A stretch of 64,000 nucleotides of DNA from an uncultured Candidatus Saccharibacteria bacterium (GCA_964487045.1 CAZAOT010000004.1:6605-70604), one strand, 5' to 3'. Positions 8,660-19,669 are shown, counted from the stretch's first letter. Notes: generated by a model not told the origin, from the sequence alone. Translations and numbers: made by a program.

Positions 8660-9927
8660 ATATCGTCGTAACTTCGCATAGCGAGTTGCGCTTTTATAGT
8701 CCTGACAAACTCAAGTGTAACTGAAACGATAATAAGTATTCCCGTCCCTCCAATAGAAAGAGTCTGGATACCGGTTGCTTGCTGTAGAATTATTGGAAAT
8801 AGTGCAACTACAGATAGGAATAATGCGCCAGGAAAGGTAATTTTATAGATAATAGCTGATAAGTAAGTTGCGGTTTGGCTTCCAGGCCTTATCCCAGGAA
8901 TAAATCCGCCTTGCTTTTGAAGATTTTCCGCTATCTGTTTTGGCTGGAAAATTATCGATGTATAAAAGAATGTGAATGCAAACACCAAAACAAAGAATGT
9001 GACTGCATAAAAAATATCATTAGAGAACAATATAGTTATTTTGCTTGCGAAGTTTTTTAATGACTCATTCGTCGCCGTCTGTAACATTTGTGAAATGACA
9101 TTTGGAACTACCAGCAAGCTAGTCGCAAAGATTATTGGAATTACGCCGGCAGCGTTAGCTTTAATCGGAAGATATGAATCAATATTTCCAGTCGACCTGC
9201 CAGCTCGTATTCTTCTGGCATAGCTAATAGGAATTCTTCTCTCTGCCTCGTTTACAAATACTATAAACGCTATCATTGCTAAAAATGCAAGAATTATTTC
9301 TGCGGCGATTAGGTACTGACTTTCGACAATTTGTGCTGTTGCTGCCACCTGAGCTGGAAGTCCTGAGATTATACCTACTGATATGATAAGCGAGAGGCCA
9401 TTTCCAATTCCTTTTTCAGATAATATTTCCCCGAGCCACATCAAGAAAACGCTTCCTGCAGTAGCTGAGACAATCACCAGTGCTAGATCAGCAGTTGTAA
9501 GTGCTGATAAAACATTTTGAGACTGAAGTACTCTTACAAGTCCGTATGCTTCGACAACTGCCAGAGGAACAGATAGGTATCTAGTATATTGATTAATTTT
9601 TTCTTTTCCGTACTCCCCTTCTTTTTGCAATGCTTCAAGTGAAGGGATCGCCATTGTTAGAAGTTGGAATACAATCGAGGAAGTAATATAAGGACCAACG
9701 CCGAGCATCACAAGGGAAAACCTGCTAATTGAGCCGCCAGAAAACAAATCAAGCATTCCGAGAACTTGGTTATTTTCAAAGAAATTTTGCAGTCCTAGAG
9801 TATCGACGCCAGGCAACGGTATATGAGACAATACGCGATACAGCAGTACAATTAGTGCAGTGAAAATTAATTTGTTCCTTATATCTTTAAGGGTAAATAT
9901 CCTTTTGATAGTGGAAAAATTGATCAT
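8656..9927 (-). CDS. secY: Preprotein translocase SecY
   Basis: LGVGPYITSSI, GIGNGLSLII, AGVIPIIFA, FIPGIRPG; ~10 TM. Confidence 0.98.
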   Translation of the reverse strand: MINFSTIKRIFTLKDIRNKLIFTALIVLLYRVLSHIPLPGVDTLGLQNFFENNQVLGMLDLFSGGSISRFSLVMLGVGPYITSSIVFQLLTMAIPSLEALQKEGEYGKEKINQYTRYLSVPLAVVEAYGLVRVLQSQNVLSALTTADLALVIVSATAGSVFLMWLGEILSEKGIGNGLSLIISVGIISGLPAQVAATAQIVESQYLIAAEIILAFLAMIAFIVFVNEAERRIPISYARRIRAGRSTGNIDSYLPIKANAAGVIPIIFATSLLVVPNVISQMLQTATNESLKNFASKITILFSNDIFYAVTFFVLVFAFTFFYTSIIFQPKQIAENLQKQGGFIPGIRPGSQTATYLSAIIYKITFPGALFLSVVALFPIILQQATGIQTLSIGGTGILIIVSVTLEFVRTIKAQLAMRSYDDI

Positions 9928-10316
9928 TTTTGATTTTGATGAGCTCTTCTAACTGAGTCATCAAAGACAATCTTTACTTTCAATTCCTTTTCAGAATATA
10001 TTTTAATTGGTTTGTCGGTATCGGTAATTTTTAGTCTTTTAATGATTTCCTCGCTAGATGCTGTTTCTCCATCTTTAAAGACATTATTTAGTCTATCAGC
10101 ATTTATCGAAGTATATTTTTTCTCTTCAGCTTTAAATCCCTTGGCTTTTGGTAATCTCATGAAGAAGCTAGTCTGGCCACCAGTTTTGAAGATCGTTGAC
10201 GCACCAGTTCTAGATTTTTGACCGTTCATGCCTCTACCTGAAGTTTTGCCCTTTCCACTTGATGGACCACGGCCTAGTCTTTTACCTTTATTTACGACTT
10301 GTTCTAATTTAATCAT
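9924..10316 (-). CDS. rplO: 50S ribosomal protein L15
   Basis: RLGRGPSSGKGKTSGRGMNGQKSR, GGQT..MRLPK. Confidence 0.95.
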   Translation of the reverse strand: MIKLEQVVNKGKRLGRGPSSGKGKTSGRGMNGQKSRTGASTIFKTGGQTSFFMRLPKAKGFKAEEKKYTSINADRLNNVFKDGETASSEEIIKRLKITDTDKPIKIYSEKELKVKIVFDDSVRRAHQNQK

Positions 10317-10762
10317 TATACACCTTCAGATGATCTTCTTAATCCTTCAATAGTGGCTCTAGCAATATTAATTTTATTGTTTGATCCATAGCTTTTTGAG
10401 ACTAAATTTCTCACACCAGCTAATTCGCAAACGCTTCTAACAACTCCACCGGCAATAATTGAAGTACCCTCAGGAGCCTTTTTCAGTAAAATTTTAGCTG
10501 AATTTAAATTAATATTAATTTCTTTATTGATCGAACCAGCTTCATTAAGCTTAATCTTAGTGAATTTTTTCTTGGCCTGATCTCCAGCTTTTCTGATAGC
10601 AATAGATACATCATTAGCCTTACCTAGACCCATTCCAACTTTTCCGTTTTTATCACCAACAATTATTAGAGCTCGAAAAGAGATTCTCTTTCCACCCTTA
10701 ACAGTTCTGCTTACTCTGCTAACTTCGATGACCTTCTCTTCAAAAAGCTTTTCTTCTGACAT
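10316..10762 (-). CDS. rpsE: 30S ribosomal protein S5
   Basis: RVSRTVKGGKR..FRALIIVGD, IAGGVVR, KSYGSNN. Confidence 0.96.
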   Translation of the reverse strand: MSEEKLFEEKVIEVSRVSRTVKGGKRISFRALIIVGDKNGKVGMGLGKANDVSIAIRKAGDQAKKKFTKIKLNEAGSINKEININLNSAKILLKKAPEGTSIIAGGVVRSVCELAGVRNLVSKSYGSNNKINIARATIEGLRRSSEGV

Positions 10763-10773
10763 AATATTTCCTC

Positions 10774-11040
10774 TTAAAAATCCAATCCTGCCGAACGTAA
10801 TCCTTCGGCAAAAGACTTAACTCTTCCGTGATATCTTGAACCATTTCTATCAAATGAGACTTGTTCAATTTTTAACTGCTTAACAGAATTACCAAAATCT
10901 TCACCGAATTTTTTGGCTTGCTCAATTGGAGAAACTCCCTTAACAATCTTATACTTTTTACCAAAAACCGTCTTATCAATATTGATAGCTTGAGCTTCGA
11001 TTGAAGTATTTGATTTATATATTTTTATCTTTGTTCTCAT
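10774..11040 (-). CDS. rplR: 50S ribosomal protein L18 (N-terminally short, 88 aa)
   Basis: IYKSNTSIEAQAI; FDRNGSRYHGRVKSFAEGLRSAGLDF. Confidence 0.92.
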   Translation of the reverse strand: MRTKIKIYKSNTSIEAQAINIDKTVFGKKYKIVKGVSPIEQAKKFGEDFGNSVKQLKIEQVSFDRNGSRYHGRVKSFAEGLRSAGLDF

Positions 11041-11041
11041 T

Positions 11042-11587
11042 TTATGCTCCTGCTCCCTTTACTGCCTTACCGACTTTTCGAATTATCTTTTCTCCGACAT
11101 ACTTAATTCCCTTGCCCTTATATGGTTCAGGTTTCTTTATCGCTCGAATGTCAGCCGCTACCTGTCCGACAAGCTGCTTATCATGCCCGGAAATAGAAAT
11201 TGTGTTCTTTTTAACTTCAAATGTAATACCTTCTGGAGCTTTGTAATCAACTTCATGAGAGAAGCCAACTTTTAATTTAAGGTTATCACCTTCTACTTGT
11301 GCTCTGTAGCCAACCCCAACAAGCTCCAAATCTTTCTTAAATCCGTTCTTAACACCTTCTATTGCATTCGCAATCAAAGACCTCATCAATCCGTGGATTG
11401 ATTTGGCTAATTTAGTTTCATTTTTTCTAGAAACTGAAATTATGCTATTTTCAATTTTAACATCAACTAAAGGATGAATATCAACTTTATTTGATTTGTC
11501 TTGTCCCTTGGCTTCTAATACACCTGCGTTTAAATTAACTGTAACGCCCTCGGGAATTTCAATAATTTTATTTCCAATACGGCTCAT
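11042..11587 (-). CDS. rplF: 50S ribosomal protein L6
   Basis: MSRIG, LVGVGYRA, PEPYKGKGIKY. Confidence 0.97.
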   Translation of the reverse strand: MSRIGNKIIEIPEGVTVNLNAGVLEAKGQDKSNKVDIHPLVDVKIENSIISVSRKNETKLAKSIHGLMRSLIANAIEGVKNGFKKDLELVGVGYRAQVEGDNLKLKVGFSHEVDYKAPEGITFEVKKNTISISGHDKQLVGQVAADIRAIKKPEPYKGKGIKYVGEKIIRKVGKAVKGAGA

Positions 11588-11956
11588 TTAAAATACCTCG
11601 CAGATTAGTTCGCCACCAAGGCCAGCCTTTTTAGCTTTAGAGCCACTCAAGACTCCCTTAGGCGTAGAGACAATAACCATTCCATAACCTCTTGGTTTAG
11701 GTATATTTTTGCTTTTAACATAAACTCTTCGACCTGGACGGCTAACTCTTCGAATTTTTTCGAAATCTTTTCCAGATTCTTCAAGATTTATGACAATTTC
11801 TTTTTCCTGCGCAGTAAAGGATCCTACATAACCCTCTTCTTTAAGCACGCTAAGTATACCCATCTTAATTTTTGAGAAGGGTACTATCAAGCTTTTTCTG
11901 CCCGCTTTTTGAGCGTTGGAAATTCTTGTAACTAAATCTGCAATTGTGTCATTCAT
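11588..11956 (-). CDS. rpsH: 30S ribosomal protein S8
   Basis: DTIADLVTRISNA, RVSRPGRRVY, STPKGV, GGELIC. Confidence 0.97.
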   Translation of the reverse strand: MNDTIADLVTRISNAQKAGRKSLIVPFSKIKMGILSVLKEEGYVGSFTAQEKEIVINLEESGKDFEKIRRVSRPGRRVYVKSKNIPKPRGYGMVIVSTPKGVLSGSKAKKAGLGGELICEVF

Positions 11957-11964
11957 TTTATTTA

Positions 11965-12077
11965 GCCCGTTAGAGATTGAAAGCTACTGCTTTCGACTCT
12001 TCTAGGTGGGCGTTGTTACTTTTACTCATTTTTTAACTGATTCACTTGATTCTCTAGGTTCGTTATCTCTAACGGGC
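11965..12077. mobile_element. Miniature inverted-repeat element, copy 1 (between rpsN and rpsH)
   Basis: Perfect 13-bp TIR GCCCGTTAGAGAT (11965-11977) / ATCTCTAACGGGC (12065-12077); same TIR at 34082 and 60627. Confidence 0.7.
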
Positions 12078-12078
12078 C

Positions 12079-12264
12079 TTACCAAGATGATTTTATTACA
12101 CCAGGGATTTCTCCCTTGCTGGCTAATTCTCTGAAACAAATTCGGCAAATACCAAATTTTCTCATAAAGCCGCGATTTCGACCACATTTTCCACAACGTC
12201 TAATTTTTCTAGATGAAAATTTTGGTGTGCGCTTTGCTTTTTCTATTAATGCAAGTCTTGCCAT
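12079..12264 (-). CDS. rpsN: 30S ribosomal protein S14 (Zn-binding, 61 aa)
   Basis: RCGKCGR...[10 protein letters not shown]...IPGVIKSSW. Confidence 0.97.
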   Translation of the reverse strand: MARLALIEKAKRTPKFSSRKIRRCGKCGRNRGFMRKFGICRICFRELASKGEIPGVIKSSW

Positions 12265-12272
12265 ATTTGTCC

Positions 12273-12812
12273 TTAAACCTCTTTAAATATAAATCCTAGC
12301 TTTGTAAAGAATTTTTGTGATGATTCGGCAGACTGAGGTTTTCTAAGTGAAAGACAAACTCCAAGACCCCAGGTTTCCTTAATCTCGTCGGCCTTAATCT
12401 CAGGAAAAATTATCTGATCTCTTACGGCAACATTGAGATTGCCAGATTTATCAAATGATTTAGGATTAATACCTTCGAAATCTCTAATTCTAGGAAACAC
12501 TACTTTATTTAATCTTTCTATAAAGTCATACATTCTGTGGCCTCTGAGCGTTACCTGATATCCGATTAACTGACCTTCTCTGAGCTTAAATCCTGCAATA
12601 GATTTTTTAGCAATATTTGTTTTAGGCTTCTGACCAGTAATTTGGGTTAATTCTTTTTCAATTGCTTCTAAAATATCTTTTCTTTCTCTAAATGGTCCGA
12701 CGCCAACTGTAACAGTAGCACTTTTAAGAAGTGGCAAATCAAATCTATTAACACCTAGCTCTTTACTAAGCTCAGGCAAGATTTCTTTATTTATTCTTTC
12801 ACTTAATCGCAT
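12273..12812 (-). CDS. rplE: 50S ribosomal protein L5
   Basis: [34 protein letters not shown]. Confidence 0.97.
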   Translation of the reverse strand: MRLSERINKEILPELSKELGVNRFDLPLLKSATVTVGVGPFRERKDILEAIEKELTQITGQKPKTNIAKKSIAGFKLREGQLIGYQVTLRGHRMYDFIERLNKVVFPRIRDFEGINPKSFDKSGNLNVAVRDQIIFPEIKADEIKETWGLGVCLSLRKPQSAESSQKFFTKLGFIFKEV

Positions 12813-13116
12813 CTAATGACTCCTTACACTTGGCGCATGTTCTTCTTTTTTCTTTGCCTTCGCCAGTATATTTAGCTGAGGTTAATTTTTTGCATCCAGG
12901 GCAGACCAAACTTACGTTTGAGGCGTCAACTGGCATATTTTTATCTATAATTCCGCCTTGTGGATATTTACTGGATGGTTTTACATGCTTTTTATAAAGA
13001 TTTATACCTTCAACAACAACTTTGTTTGTTTTTAAGTCAACTTTAATAATCTTTCCTGATTTGGATCGGTCTTTTCCAGTATTTACTACTATTTGATCGC
13101 CTTTTCTTAATTTCAT
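12799..13116 (-). CDS. rplX: 50S ribosomal protein L24
   Basis: KOW motif KGDQIVVNTGKD, VVVEGIN, SNV. Confidence 0.96.
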   Translation of the reverse strand: MKLRKGDQIVVNTGKDRSKSGKIIKVDLKTNKVVVEGINLYKKHVKPSSKYPQGGIIDKNMPVDASNVSLVCPGCKKLTSAKYTGEGKEKRRTCAKCKESLDAIK

Positions 13117-13124
13117 ATCTATCC

Positions 13125-13493
13125 TTATATTACTTCCTGTGCGAGCGAAATAATCTTTGTATAACCCTTTTCTCTTATTTCCCTTGCAATTGGTCCGAAT
13201 ATTCTGGTTCCTTTTGGTGTTTTATCTGGATTTATTAAAACTACTGCATTTTCGTCAAATCTTATTGCTGAACCATCTTTTCTTCTAAAATTCTTCTTCT
13301 GTCTAACTACAACAGCCTTGTGAAGTTCTTTTTTCTTTACCATTCCTCTAGGGTTGGCTGATTTGATGGTTACAACGCAAATATCACCGATTTCGGCAAA
13401 TTCGTGGTATCCGCGACCCAAAACCCTAATGCACATTGCTTCTCGTGCACCGGTGTTATCTGCTATTTTTACTCTTGTATTTGACTGAATCAT
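13125..13493 (-). CDS. rplN: 50S ribosomal protein L14
   Basis: [34 protein letters not shown]. Confidence 0.98.
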   Translation of the reverse strand: MIQSNTRVKIADNTGAREAMCIRVLGRGYHEFAEIGDICVVTIKSANPRGMVKKKELHKAVVVRQKKNFRRKDGSAIRFDENAVVLINPDKTPKGTRIFGPIAREIREKGYTKIISLAQEVI

Positions 13494-13723
13494 TATATAA
13501 CTCTAGTAACTTTAAAATTTTTATTCTTTGAAATTTTTCGACATTCCTCAATCTCGACTCTATCTCCAACTTTACAAGCTGATTCATTGTCATCGGCTAA
13601 AAACTTTTGCGATTTCTTGATGATTTTCTGATATTTAGGGTGCCTTGTCTTGTATTCAAACACTACGCCAACTGTACTTTGACTCATAGACTCGACTGTA
13701 CCGATAATTTTTGTTTTAGCCAT
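13493..13723 (-). CDS. rpsQ: 30S ribosomal protein S17
   Basis: [23 protein letters not shown]. Confidence 0.95.
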   Translation of the reverse strand: MAKTKIIGTVESMSQSTVGVVFEYKTRHPKYQKIIKKSQKFLADDNESACKVGDRVEIEECRKISKNKNFKVTRVI

Positions 13724-13724
13724 T

Positions 13725-13934
13725 TTAACCCTTAAAAGATTCTATAATTTTCTCATTTAATATTGTCTCTAATCTAGCTATTTCTTTCTTTAATTTACCA
13801 GTAGAGTTTGAATTTTTCTTACCCTGGTTAGAAAGTGCAGCGCATTCTTCTATCAACTGAACTCTTCGTTTCCCGATTTCATTAACTAGCGCCTTGCTAT
13901 CCATTGACCTAAATTCTTGTACTTTCTTATTCAT
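13725..13934 (-). CDS. rpmC: 50S ribosomal protein L29
   Basis: Position between rplP and rpsQ; KKEIARLETILNEK. Confidence 0.88.
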   Translation of the reverse strand: MNKKVQEFRSMDSKALVNEIGKRRVQLIEECAALSNQGKKNSNSTGKLKKEIARLETILNEKIIESFKG

Positions 13935-14341
13935 TATTCCTTCTCCAAGAAAACAGTCTTTACTGGTAATTTACTAGCTGCAAGTCGCATTGCTTCTTTT
14001 GCAGTTTCCAAATTAACGCCGTCCATTTCAAACAATATTCTTCCTGGTCTTACAACGCTAACAAAATGATCTGGCGCACCCTTACCACCACCCATTCCAA
14101 CTTCATCAGCAGTTTTTGTAACAACTTTATCTGGAAATATTCTTACCCAAATCTTACCGCCTCTTTTGCAATATCTGGTCATGGCTCTTCTGGCAGCTTC
14201 AATTTGTCTAGAAGTAATCCAATTTCTTTCAGTTGATTTCAAAGCAAACTTGCCGAAGCTAATCTGGCTTCCTCTTTCGTCATTTCCTGGCATTTTGCCG
14301 CGGTAATGTTTTCTGTATTTAAGTTTTTTCGGGATTAACAT
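13934..14341 (-). CDS. rplP: 50S ribosomal protein L16
   Basis: [37 protein letters not shown]. Confidence 0.98.
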   Translation of the reverse strand: MLIPKKLKYRKHYRGKMPGNDERGSQISFGKFALKSTERNWITSRQIEAARRAMTRYCKRGGKIWVRIFPDKVVTKTADEVGMGGGKGAPDHFVSVVRPGRILFEMDGVNLETAKEAMRLAASKLPVKTVFLEKE

Positions 14342-14973
14342 TATTTCACCTTTTCACCAAGATTGATCCAAACCTTGATTCCAATAATTCCATAGGTTGT
14401 TGGCGCATCGTATTTTGCAAAACTGATATCACTTCGAAGTGTTGATAGTGGGATTGAACCATGCTTGAAGCTCTCAGATCGAGAAATTTCAGCTCCGTCT
14501 AGTCTTCCGGCAACTCTGATCATTACACCTTTAGCGCCTGCATCCTTAACCCTCTGGAGGGCTTGTTTTGAAGCGCGCCTAAAAGGCATTCTCTTTGAAA
14601 TCTGCATACCGATTGTTTGAGCAACTACTGCAGCATCAAGGTCAGCTTTCTTAACTTCTACAACTTCAAGTTTGAATTTTTCAGTTACTATCTTTGATAA
14701 ATCTGCTCTGAGTGATTCTAGTTGTTTTCCACCTCTACCGATCAAAACACCAGGTCTTGCAGTGAAGATGATAATATCGAGTTTACCGATACCTCGCTCG
14801 ATCTGAATTTCAGAAATTCCAGCCTGCGGTCCAGATTTCTTTCTAATAACTGTTCGGATTTCGCTATCCTGCAAAAGGTACTTCGAATAATCAGAACCTT
14901 TGGCGAACCATTTGCTCTTCCAGTTATTATAGACACCTAGTCTAAATGCGATTGGATTAACTTTTTTACCCAT
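14341..14973 (-). CDS. rpsC: 30S ribosomal protein S3
   Basis: [43 protein letters not shown]. Confidence 0.98.
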   Translation of the reverse strand: MGKKVNPIAFRLGVYNNWKSKWFAKGSDYSKYLLQDSEIRTVIRKKSGPQAGISEIQIERGIGKLDIIIFTARPGVLIGRGGKQLESLRADLSKIVTEKFKLEVVEVKKADLDAAVVAQTIGMQISKRMPFRRASKQALQRVKDAGAKGVMIRVAGRLDGAEISRSESFKHGSIPLSTLRSDISFAKYDAPTTYGIIGIKVWINLGEKVK

Positions 14974-15379
14974 TATTTACTTCCTTTTCGCTTGCAGCTT
15001 TCTTTTTATCGAGCTTTTTTGACTTCTTTGGCTTAGCTTCATCAGCTTTTCCTAAAGAAATTTTCAAATGCGACATTCTTTTTTGATATTTTGCACTGCG
15101 ACCTCTGGCCTTAATAAAGAATCTCTTCATTCTGCGACCCTCTTGGGCAATTGATTCTACAATTACCAATTCATCTTCTTTGAAGTCTTTATTTTTGGCA
15201 GAATCTACAGCACTTTTTAAAAGTGAATATGCAAGTCTAGCATTTTTCTTGTTTGTATTTCTTAAAATATCAAGAGCATCTAGCGCCTTTTTGCCTTTTA
15301 TCAAATTCATCACAAGTCTTGCCTTCTTCGGGCTGACTCTTTGTTCTCTTAATGTAACTGTGGTTACTTTATTCATCAT
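14966..15379 (-). CDS. rplV: 50S ribosomal protein L22
   Basis: RVSPKKARLVMNLIKGK, KARGR, SHL. Confidence 0.95.
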   Translation of the reverse strand: MMNKVTTVTLREQRVSPKKARLVMNLIKGKKALDALDILRNTNKKNARLAYSLLKSAVDSAKNKDFKEDELVIVESIAQEGRRMKRFFIKARGRSAKYQKRMSHLKISLGKADEAKPKKSKKLDKKKAASEKEVNNG

Positions 15380-15660
15380 TATTTACCTGTTTTCTCTTGC
15401 TCTCTAGCCATCTTACCACCGTGTCTCTTGAATTTTCTGGTAGGGGCGAATTCACCTAATCTGTGACCAACCATTTCTTCAATAATTCTAATTGAGATAT
15501 GCTCTTTACCATTGTGGACAGCAAAGTTTATCCCGACCATTTCTGGAAGAATTGTTGAACTTCGCGACCATGTCTTGATAGTATCACCTGGTTTAGCTGA
15601 TTCTATTTTTTTCAAGATTGAATCGTGAACGAATGGTCCTTTTTTAAGTGATCTTGCCAT
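15379..15660 (-). CDS. rpsS: 30S ribosomal protein S19
   Basis: [34 protein letters not shown]. Confidence 0.98.
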   Translation of the reverse strand: MARSLKKGPFVHDSILKKIESAKPGDTIKTWSRSSTILPEMVGINFAVHNGKEHISIRIIEEMVGHRLGEFAPTRKFKRHGGKMAREQEKTGK

Positions 15661-15661
15661 T

Positions 15662-16483
15662 TTACCTCTTTTTCCTTGCTCTTCGTTTTACTATATATTT
15701 GTCGGAAAGTTTCTTACCTCTGGTTTTCTTACCAATTGCTACTTTACCCCAAGGTGTCTTAGGATATTTCAAGCCAATTGGGTTAACACCTTCTCCTCCA
15801 CCATGAGGGTGAGAATTAGGAGACATAGCTTTTCCTCTAACTTTTGGCCTTATTCCCATAAGTCTTTTTCGGCCAGCCTTACCAATTCTTAAGTTAGAAT
15901 GCTCATTGTTTGAAACACTGCCAAAGCTTGCCATACATTTTTCGTTAACTTTTCTAAGCTCGCCAGATGGCATTTTTAAAAGTGCATATCCTTCTTCTAT
16001 CGCCATAAAAATTGCGCTTGTACCAGCTGATTTTGCAAAAACACCTTTTGAACCAGGCTGGATCTCGATATTGTGTACAATTGATCCGACGGGAATATTT
16101 TTGAGCATTGCCCTATCCCCTACCTTCATCGATCCGCCTTCTTTCACTTTGATCTTATCCCCTACTTTAAGCTTGTCAGCGGCTAAAATATATTTTTTAG
16201 CACCATTTTCAAGCTCAACTAGAGCGATATTGGCTGATCTATTCGGATCGTACTGAAGGTCGATAACTTTCGCCTCTGAGGAAAGTTCTGAAATTATTCT
16301 ATACAACCTCTTAGCTCCTGATCCTCTGTGTCTAGATGAAATTGTTCCGGTAGAATCCTTACCAAATGAACGATCTAATTTTACAATCAAAGATTTAGCC
16401 TTTTTCTGCTTGTTTAAGGCTCGTCTGTCTTCGAAGCTAGCTTCGAAGTATCCGCTTGTAAGTCTTTTAACTTTCTTTAACAT
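15662..16483 (-). CDS. rplB: 50S ribosomal protein L2
   Basis: [34 protein letters not shown]. Confidence 0.98.
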   Translation of the reverse strand: MLKKVKRLTSGYFEASFEDRRALNKQKKAKSLIVKLDRSFGKDSTGTISSRHRGSGAKRLYRIISELSSEAKVIDLQYDPNRSANIALVELENGAKKYILAADKLKVGDKIKVKEGGSMKVGDRAMLKNIPVGSIVHNIEIQPGSKGVFAKSAGTSAIFMAIEEGYALLKMPSGELRKVNEKCMASFGSVSNNEHSNLRIGKAGRKRLMGIRPKVRGKAMSPNSHPHGGGEGVNPIGLKYPKTPWGKVAIGKKTRGKKLSDKYIVKRRARKKR

Positions 16484-16793
16484 CTTTCACTTTCTTGGTT
16501 GTTTTTTCTTTTTCTTCTTTTGGTGCTTCAAATTCAAAACCTGCGATTTTCTGACCTTTTTCAAGTTTGACTATAATTTTCTTTATTCCCTTGATAGTAA
16601 AACTTTTTCTCTGTTTTTGGCCTTCAAGGTATTTACCCTTTACGCTATTAACTGAAACTGGGACAACATTATAATATTTTCTAACCAGGTGTTCAATTTG
16701 GGTTTTTGTAGCATTATAATCAACTTCAAGCGTGAATTTTCCGCTCTTAGCCATTTCCACTGACTTTTCTGTAATATATGGTCTTATCTTCAT
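16467..16793 (-). CDS. rplW: 50S ribosomal protein L23
   Basis: RPYITEKS, ATKTQI, KKIIVKL. Confidence 0.93.
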   Translation of the reverse strand: MKIRPYITEKSVEMAKSGKFTLEVDYNATKTQIEHLVRKYYNVVPVSVNSVKGKYLEGQKQRKSFTIKGIKKIIVKLEKGQKIAGFEFEAPKEEKEKTTKKVKDVKES

Positions 16794-17419
16794 GCTGAAG
16801 CCTTTTTTTCTAAAATTTCAAATGCTTTTTTGGTTAATATAATCTTTTTCTTAGAATTAATGTCAGAAAGTAAGATATTGCTGCTTTTTTTGATATTTAT
16901 AAGAGGAATATTTCTCCAGCAAATTGTGTCTGCAATTGCGCTTTCATCGATAGCCAAAACGACCATCTTAGAATCGGATATTTTGTTTAAAACCTCTTGT
17001 GCATTTTTTGTTTTTCCAGATTCAACCTTAATATCTTCTATTACAGCTAACTCATTTTCTTTTATCTTATTAAATAGCATACTTACAATTGCTAATTCGC
17101 GCATTTTTCGAGGCATAGCTAAAACCTTGTTTTCACCAGTAGGTCCAAAAGTTACTCCGCCGCCTCTCCATAAGGGAGATCTGTTGGATCCAGCTCTTGC
17201 TCTACCTGTGCCTTTTTGTTTCCATGGTTTTCTACCGCCGCCATTAACGTCTGATTTGGTTTTTGTTCTACCAGCTTTGATTTGAATATTATTGTTCTCA
17301 ACGTAAATTGCTTGGTTTATCAAAGAATTATTCAATTTTGAAAATTTTTCAGCTAATTCAAAAACAATAGCCTCTTGCTTTTCTCCAGAATTTGAATATA
17401 AAGGAATATTTATTTTCAT
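16790..17419 (-). CDS. rplD: 50S ribosomal protein L4
   Basis: GGGRKPWKQKGTGRARAGS.RSPLWRGGG. Confidence 0.97.
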   Translation of the reverse strand: MKINIPLYSNSGEKQEAIVFELAEKFSKLNNSLINQAIYVENNNIQIKAGRTKTKSDVNGGGRKPWKQKGTGRARAGSNRSPLWRGGGVTFGPTGENKVLAMPRKMRELAIVSMLFNKIKENELAVIEDIKVESGKTKNAQEVLNKISDSKMVVLAIDESAIADTICWRNIPLINIKKSSNILLSDINSKKKIILTKKAFEILEKKASA

Positions 17420-18009
17420 TTTACAATTATTAAACTTGCCTTATTGGGTCCCATTATATGACCCTTTACCCAAATATGATTGTTGTCAGCGTCGATTCTT
17501 TCGATTGTGACTTTTTTCTGGGTGGCATTTACTGCTCCTGTATGGCCTGCCATGCTCTTGCCTTTGACTACTCTTGATGGAGTCGTCATACCAATTGAAC
17601 CTGGTCGTCGATAATTTCTTGATCCGTGGGTTTTTGGTCCGGTATTGAATCCGTGGCGCCTAACAGTTCCCTGAAAACCCTTTCCCTTGGTTCTTCCAGA
17701 GACTGATACAACATCTCCTACCGCTAAATCACTGATCGAGAAGCTATCACCCTGTTTGTTTTCAATTTCCTCTACCCTAACTTCTGAAATTTTTATTGGG
17801 TTTAGACTCTTGAACTGACCCTTAACTGATTTTTTGACTTTTGCATTCTCTTTTTCACTTACGACCACTAAAGCATTATATCCATCTTTTTCCGTGGTTT
17901 TGATTTTGCCAACAATTGAATTCTCCAACTCCAAAACCGTTACTATCTGATGTTTGTTATTATCAGTGTAGTAATGAGTTGTTCCAATTTTTTTGGCGAA
18001 AATTTTCAT
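17416..18009 (-). CDS. rplC: 50S ribosomal protein L3
   Basis: KKIG, KDGYNA, GKGFQGTVRRHGF, HGSRNYRRPGSIG; ATG at 18009 after GGAGAAGG. Confidence 0.96.
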   Translation of the reverse strand: MKIFAKKIGTTHYYTDNNKHQIVTVLELENSIVGKIKTTEKDGYNALVVVSEKENAKVKKSVKGQFKSLNPIKISEVRVEEIENKQGDSFSISDLAVGDVVSVSGRTKGKGFQGTVRRHGFNTGPKTHGSRNYRRPGSIGMTTPSRVVKGKSMAGHTGAVNATQKKVTIERIDADNNHIWVKGHIMGPNKASLIIVK

Positions 18010-18133
18010 AAGTAAACCTTCTCCCAAAAACTCTCCAGTCACACTGGGGGATTATTCGGGATGTAGCAATTAATAAGTTAGCTACGTTCCCTCGCAACTC
18101 AGTTCGAGATGCGAGGATGACTTAACTACCTTA

Positions 18134-18454
18134 TTAGGTTTTGATCTCAATGTCAATACCAGCAGGCAATTCGATGTTCATAAGTTGGTCAATTGTGCGA
18201 TTGTTTATCTCGATTACGTCTAGAACTCTCTTGTGTACGCGTACTTCATATTGATCTCTTGCATCTTTATGGACAAAGGTTGATTTAAGCACTGTCATCT
18301 TTTGGATTTCAGTTGGAAGAGGGATTGGTCCGATGACCTTTGCTCCTGTTTTCTCAACTGTATCGATGATATGCTTAACGGATTTGTCTAGAATCCTATA
18401 ATCATAACCTCTTATCTTGATTCGAATTTTCTCTCTGGTGTTTGATCTTGCCAT
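18134..18454 (-). CDS. rpsJ: 30S ribosomal protein S10
   Basis: IRIKIRGYD, GPIPLPT, KDARDQYE..VHKR. Confidence 0.97.
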   Translation of the reverse strand: MARSNTREKIRIKIRGYDYRILDKSVKHIIDTVEKTGAKVIGPIPLPTEIQKMTVLKSTFVHKDARDQYEVRVHKRVLDVIEINNRTIDQLMNIELPAGIDIEIKT

Positions 18455-18484
18455 TTTAATGTACGTCTTTAGGTTATTCTTTGC

Positions 18485-19669
18485 TTATTTAATGATTTTT
18501 GTTACTACTCCGGCTCCAACAGTTCGGCCACCTTCTCGGATTGCGAACTTCATTTGCTCTTCCATTGCAACTGGAACAATAAGCTTAACAGTGATTGTTA
18601 CAGTGTCACCTGGCATGATCATTTCTGCGCCAGATGGAATGTCAGTGATTTCACCGGTTACGTCAGTTGTTCGGACGTAGAATTGAGGCTTATAACCCTT
18701 TGTGAATGAAGAGTGTCGTCCACCTTCATCTTTGGAGAGAATATAAACTTCGGCTTCGAATTCGGTGTGAGGAGTCAGAGAACCTGGCTTACACATAACT
18801 TGTCCTCTTTCGATCTCTTCTCTTTCAATTCCTCTTAGAAGAAGTCCGACGTTGTCTCCTGCCTGACCTTCATCTAATTGCTTTCTAAACATCTCTACTC
18901 CGGTAACAACAACTTTTCTAGTTGGTTTGATACCGACGATTTCAACTTCTTCGTTAACTTTGACAACGCCTCTCTCGATTCTTCCAGTTGCGACTGTTCC
19001 TCGTCCCTTGATTGAGAAAACGTCTTCAACAGGCATAAGGAATGGCTTGTCTGATTCTCTCTTTGGTTCTGGAATATAGTCATCCATGGCCTTAACAAGG
19101 TCCATGATGGCTTGCTCAGCTTCAGCATCGCCTTCTAGAGCTTTTAATGCTGATCCTTTGATAATAGGAATTTCGTCACCAGGATATTCATACTTAGTAA
19201 GAAGATCTCTGATTTCCATTTCAACTAGATCAAGTAGTTCTTTATCAGAAACTTGGTCTACTTTGTTCATGAAAACGATAATTGAAGGTACTCCAACTTG
19301 GTTTGCAAGAAGGATATGCTCTCTTGTTTGAGGCATTGGACCATCAGCAGCAGAAACAACTAAAATAGCTGCATCCATTTGGGCTGCACCGGTAATCATA
19401 TTTTTTACGTAGTCAGCGTGACCTGGACAGTCAACGTGAGCGTAATGTCTTTTTTCAGACTCATATTCCTGGTGAGAGGTAGCGATTGTAATTCCTCGCT
19501 CTCTTTCTTCAGGAGCATTATCGATATCCTCGAATTTTCTTGCTTGTGCCAGGCCTTTTTTGGATAGAACCTGGGTTATAGCGGCTGTCAACGTGGTCTT
19601 ACCATGGTCAACGTGACCGATTGTACCGACATTGACGTGGGGTTTTGTTCGTTCAAACTTTTCTGCCAT
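18485..19669 (-). CDS. tuf: Elongation factor Tu
   Basis: [33 protein letters not shown]. Confidence 0.99.
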   Translation of the reverse strand: MAEKFERTKPHVNVGTIGHVDHGKTTLTAAITQVLSKKGLAQARKFEDIDNAPEERERGITIATSHQEYESEKRHYAHVDCPGHADYVKNMITGAAQMDAAILVVSAADGPMPQTREHILLANQVGVPSIIVFMNKVDQVSDKELLDLVEMEIRDLLTKYEYPGDEIPIIKGSALKALEGDAEAEQAIMDLVKAMDDYIPEPKRESDKPFLMPVEDVFSIKGRGTVATGRIERGVVKVNEEVEIVGIKPTRKVVVTGVEMFRKQLDEGQAGDNVGLLLRGIEREEIERGQVMCKPGSLTPHTEFEAEVYILSKDEGGRHSSFTKGYKPQFYVRTTDVTGEITDIPSGAEMIMPGDTVTITVKLIVPVAMEEQMKFAIREGGRTVGAGVVTKIIK

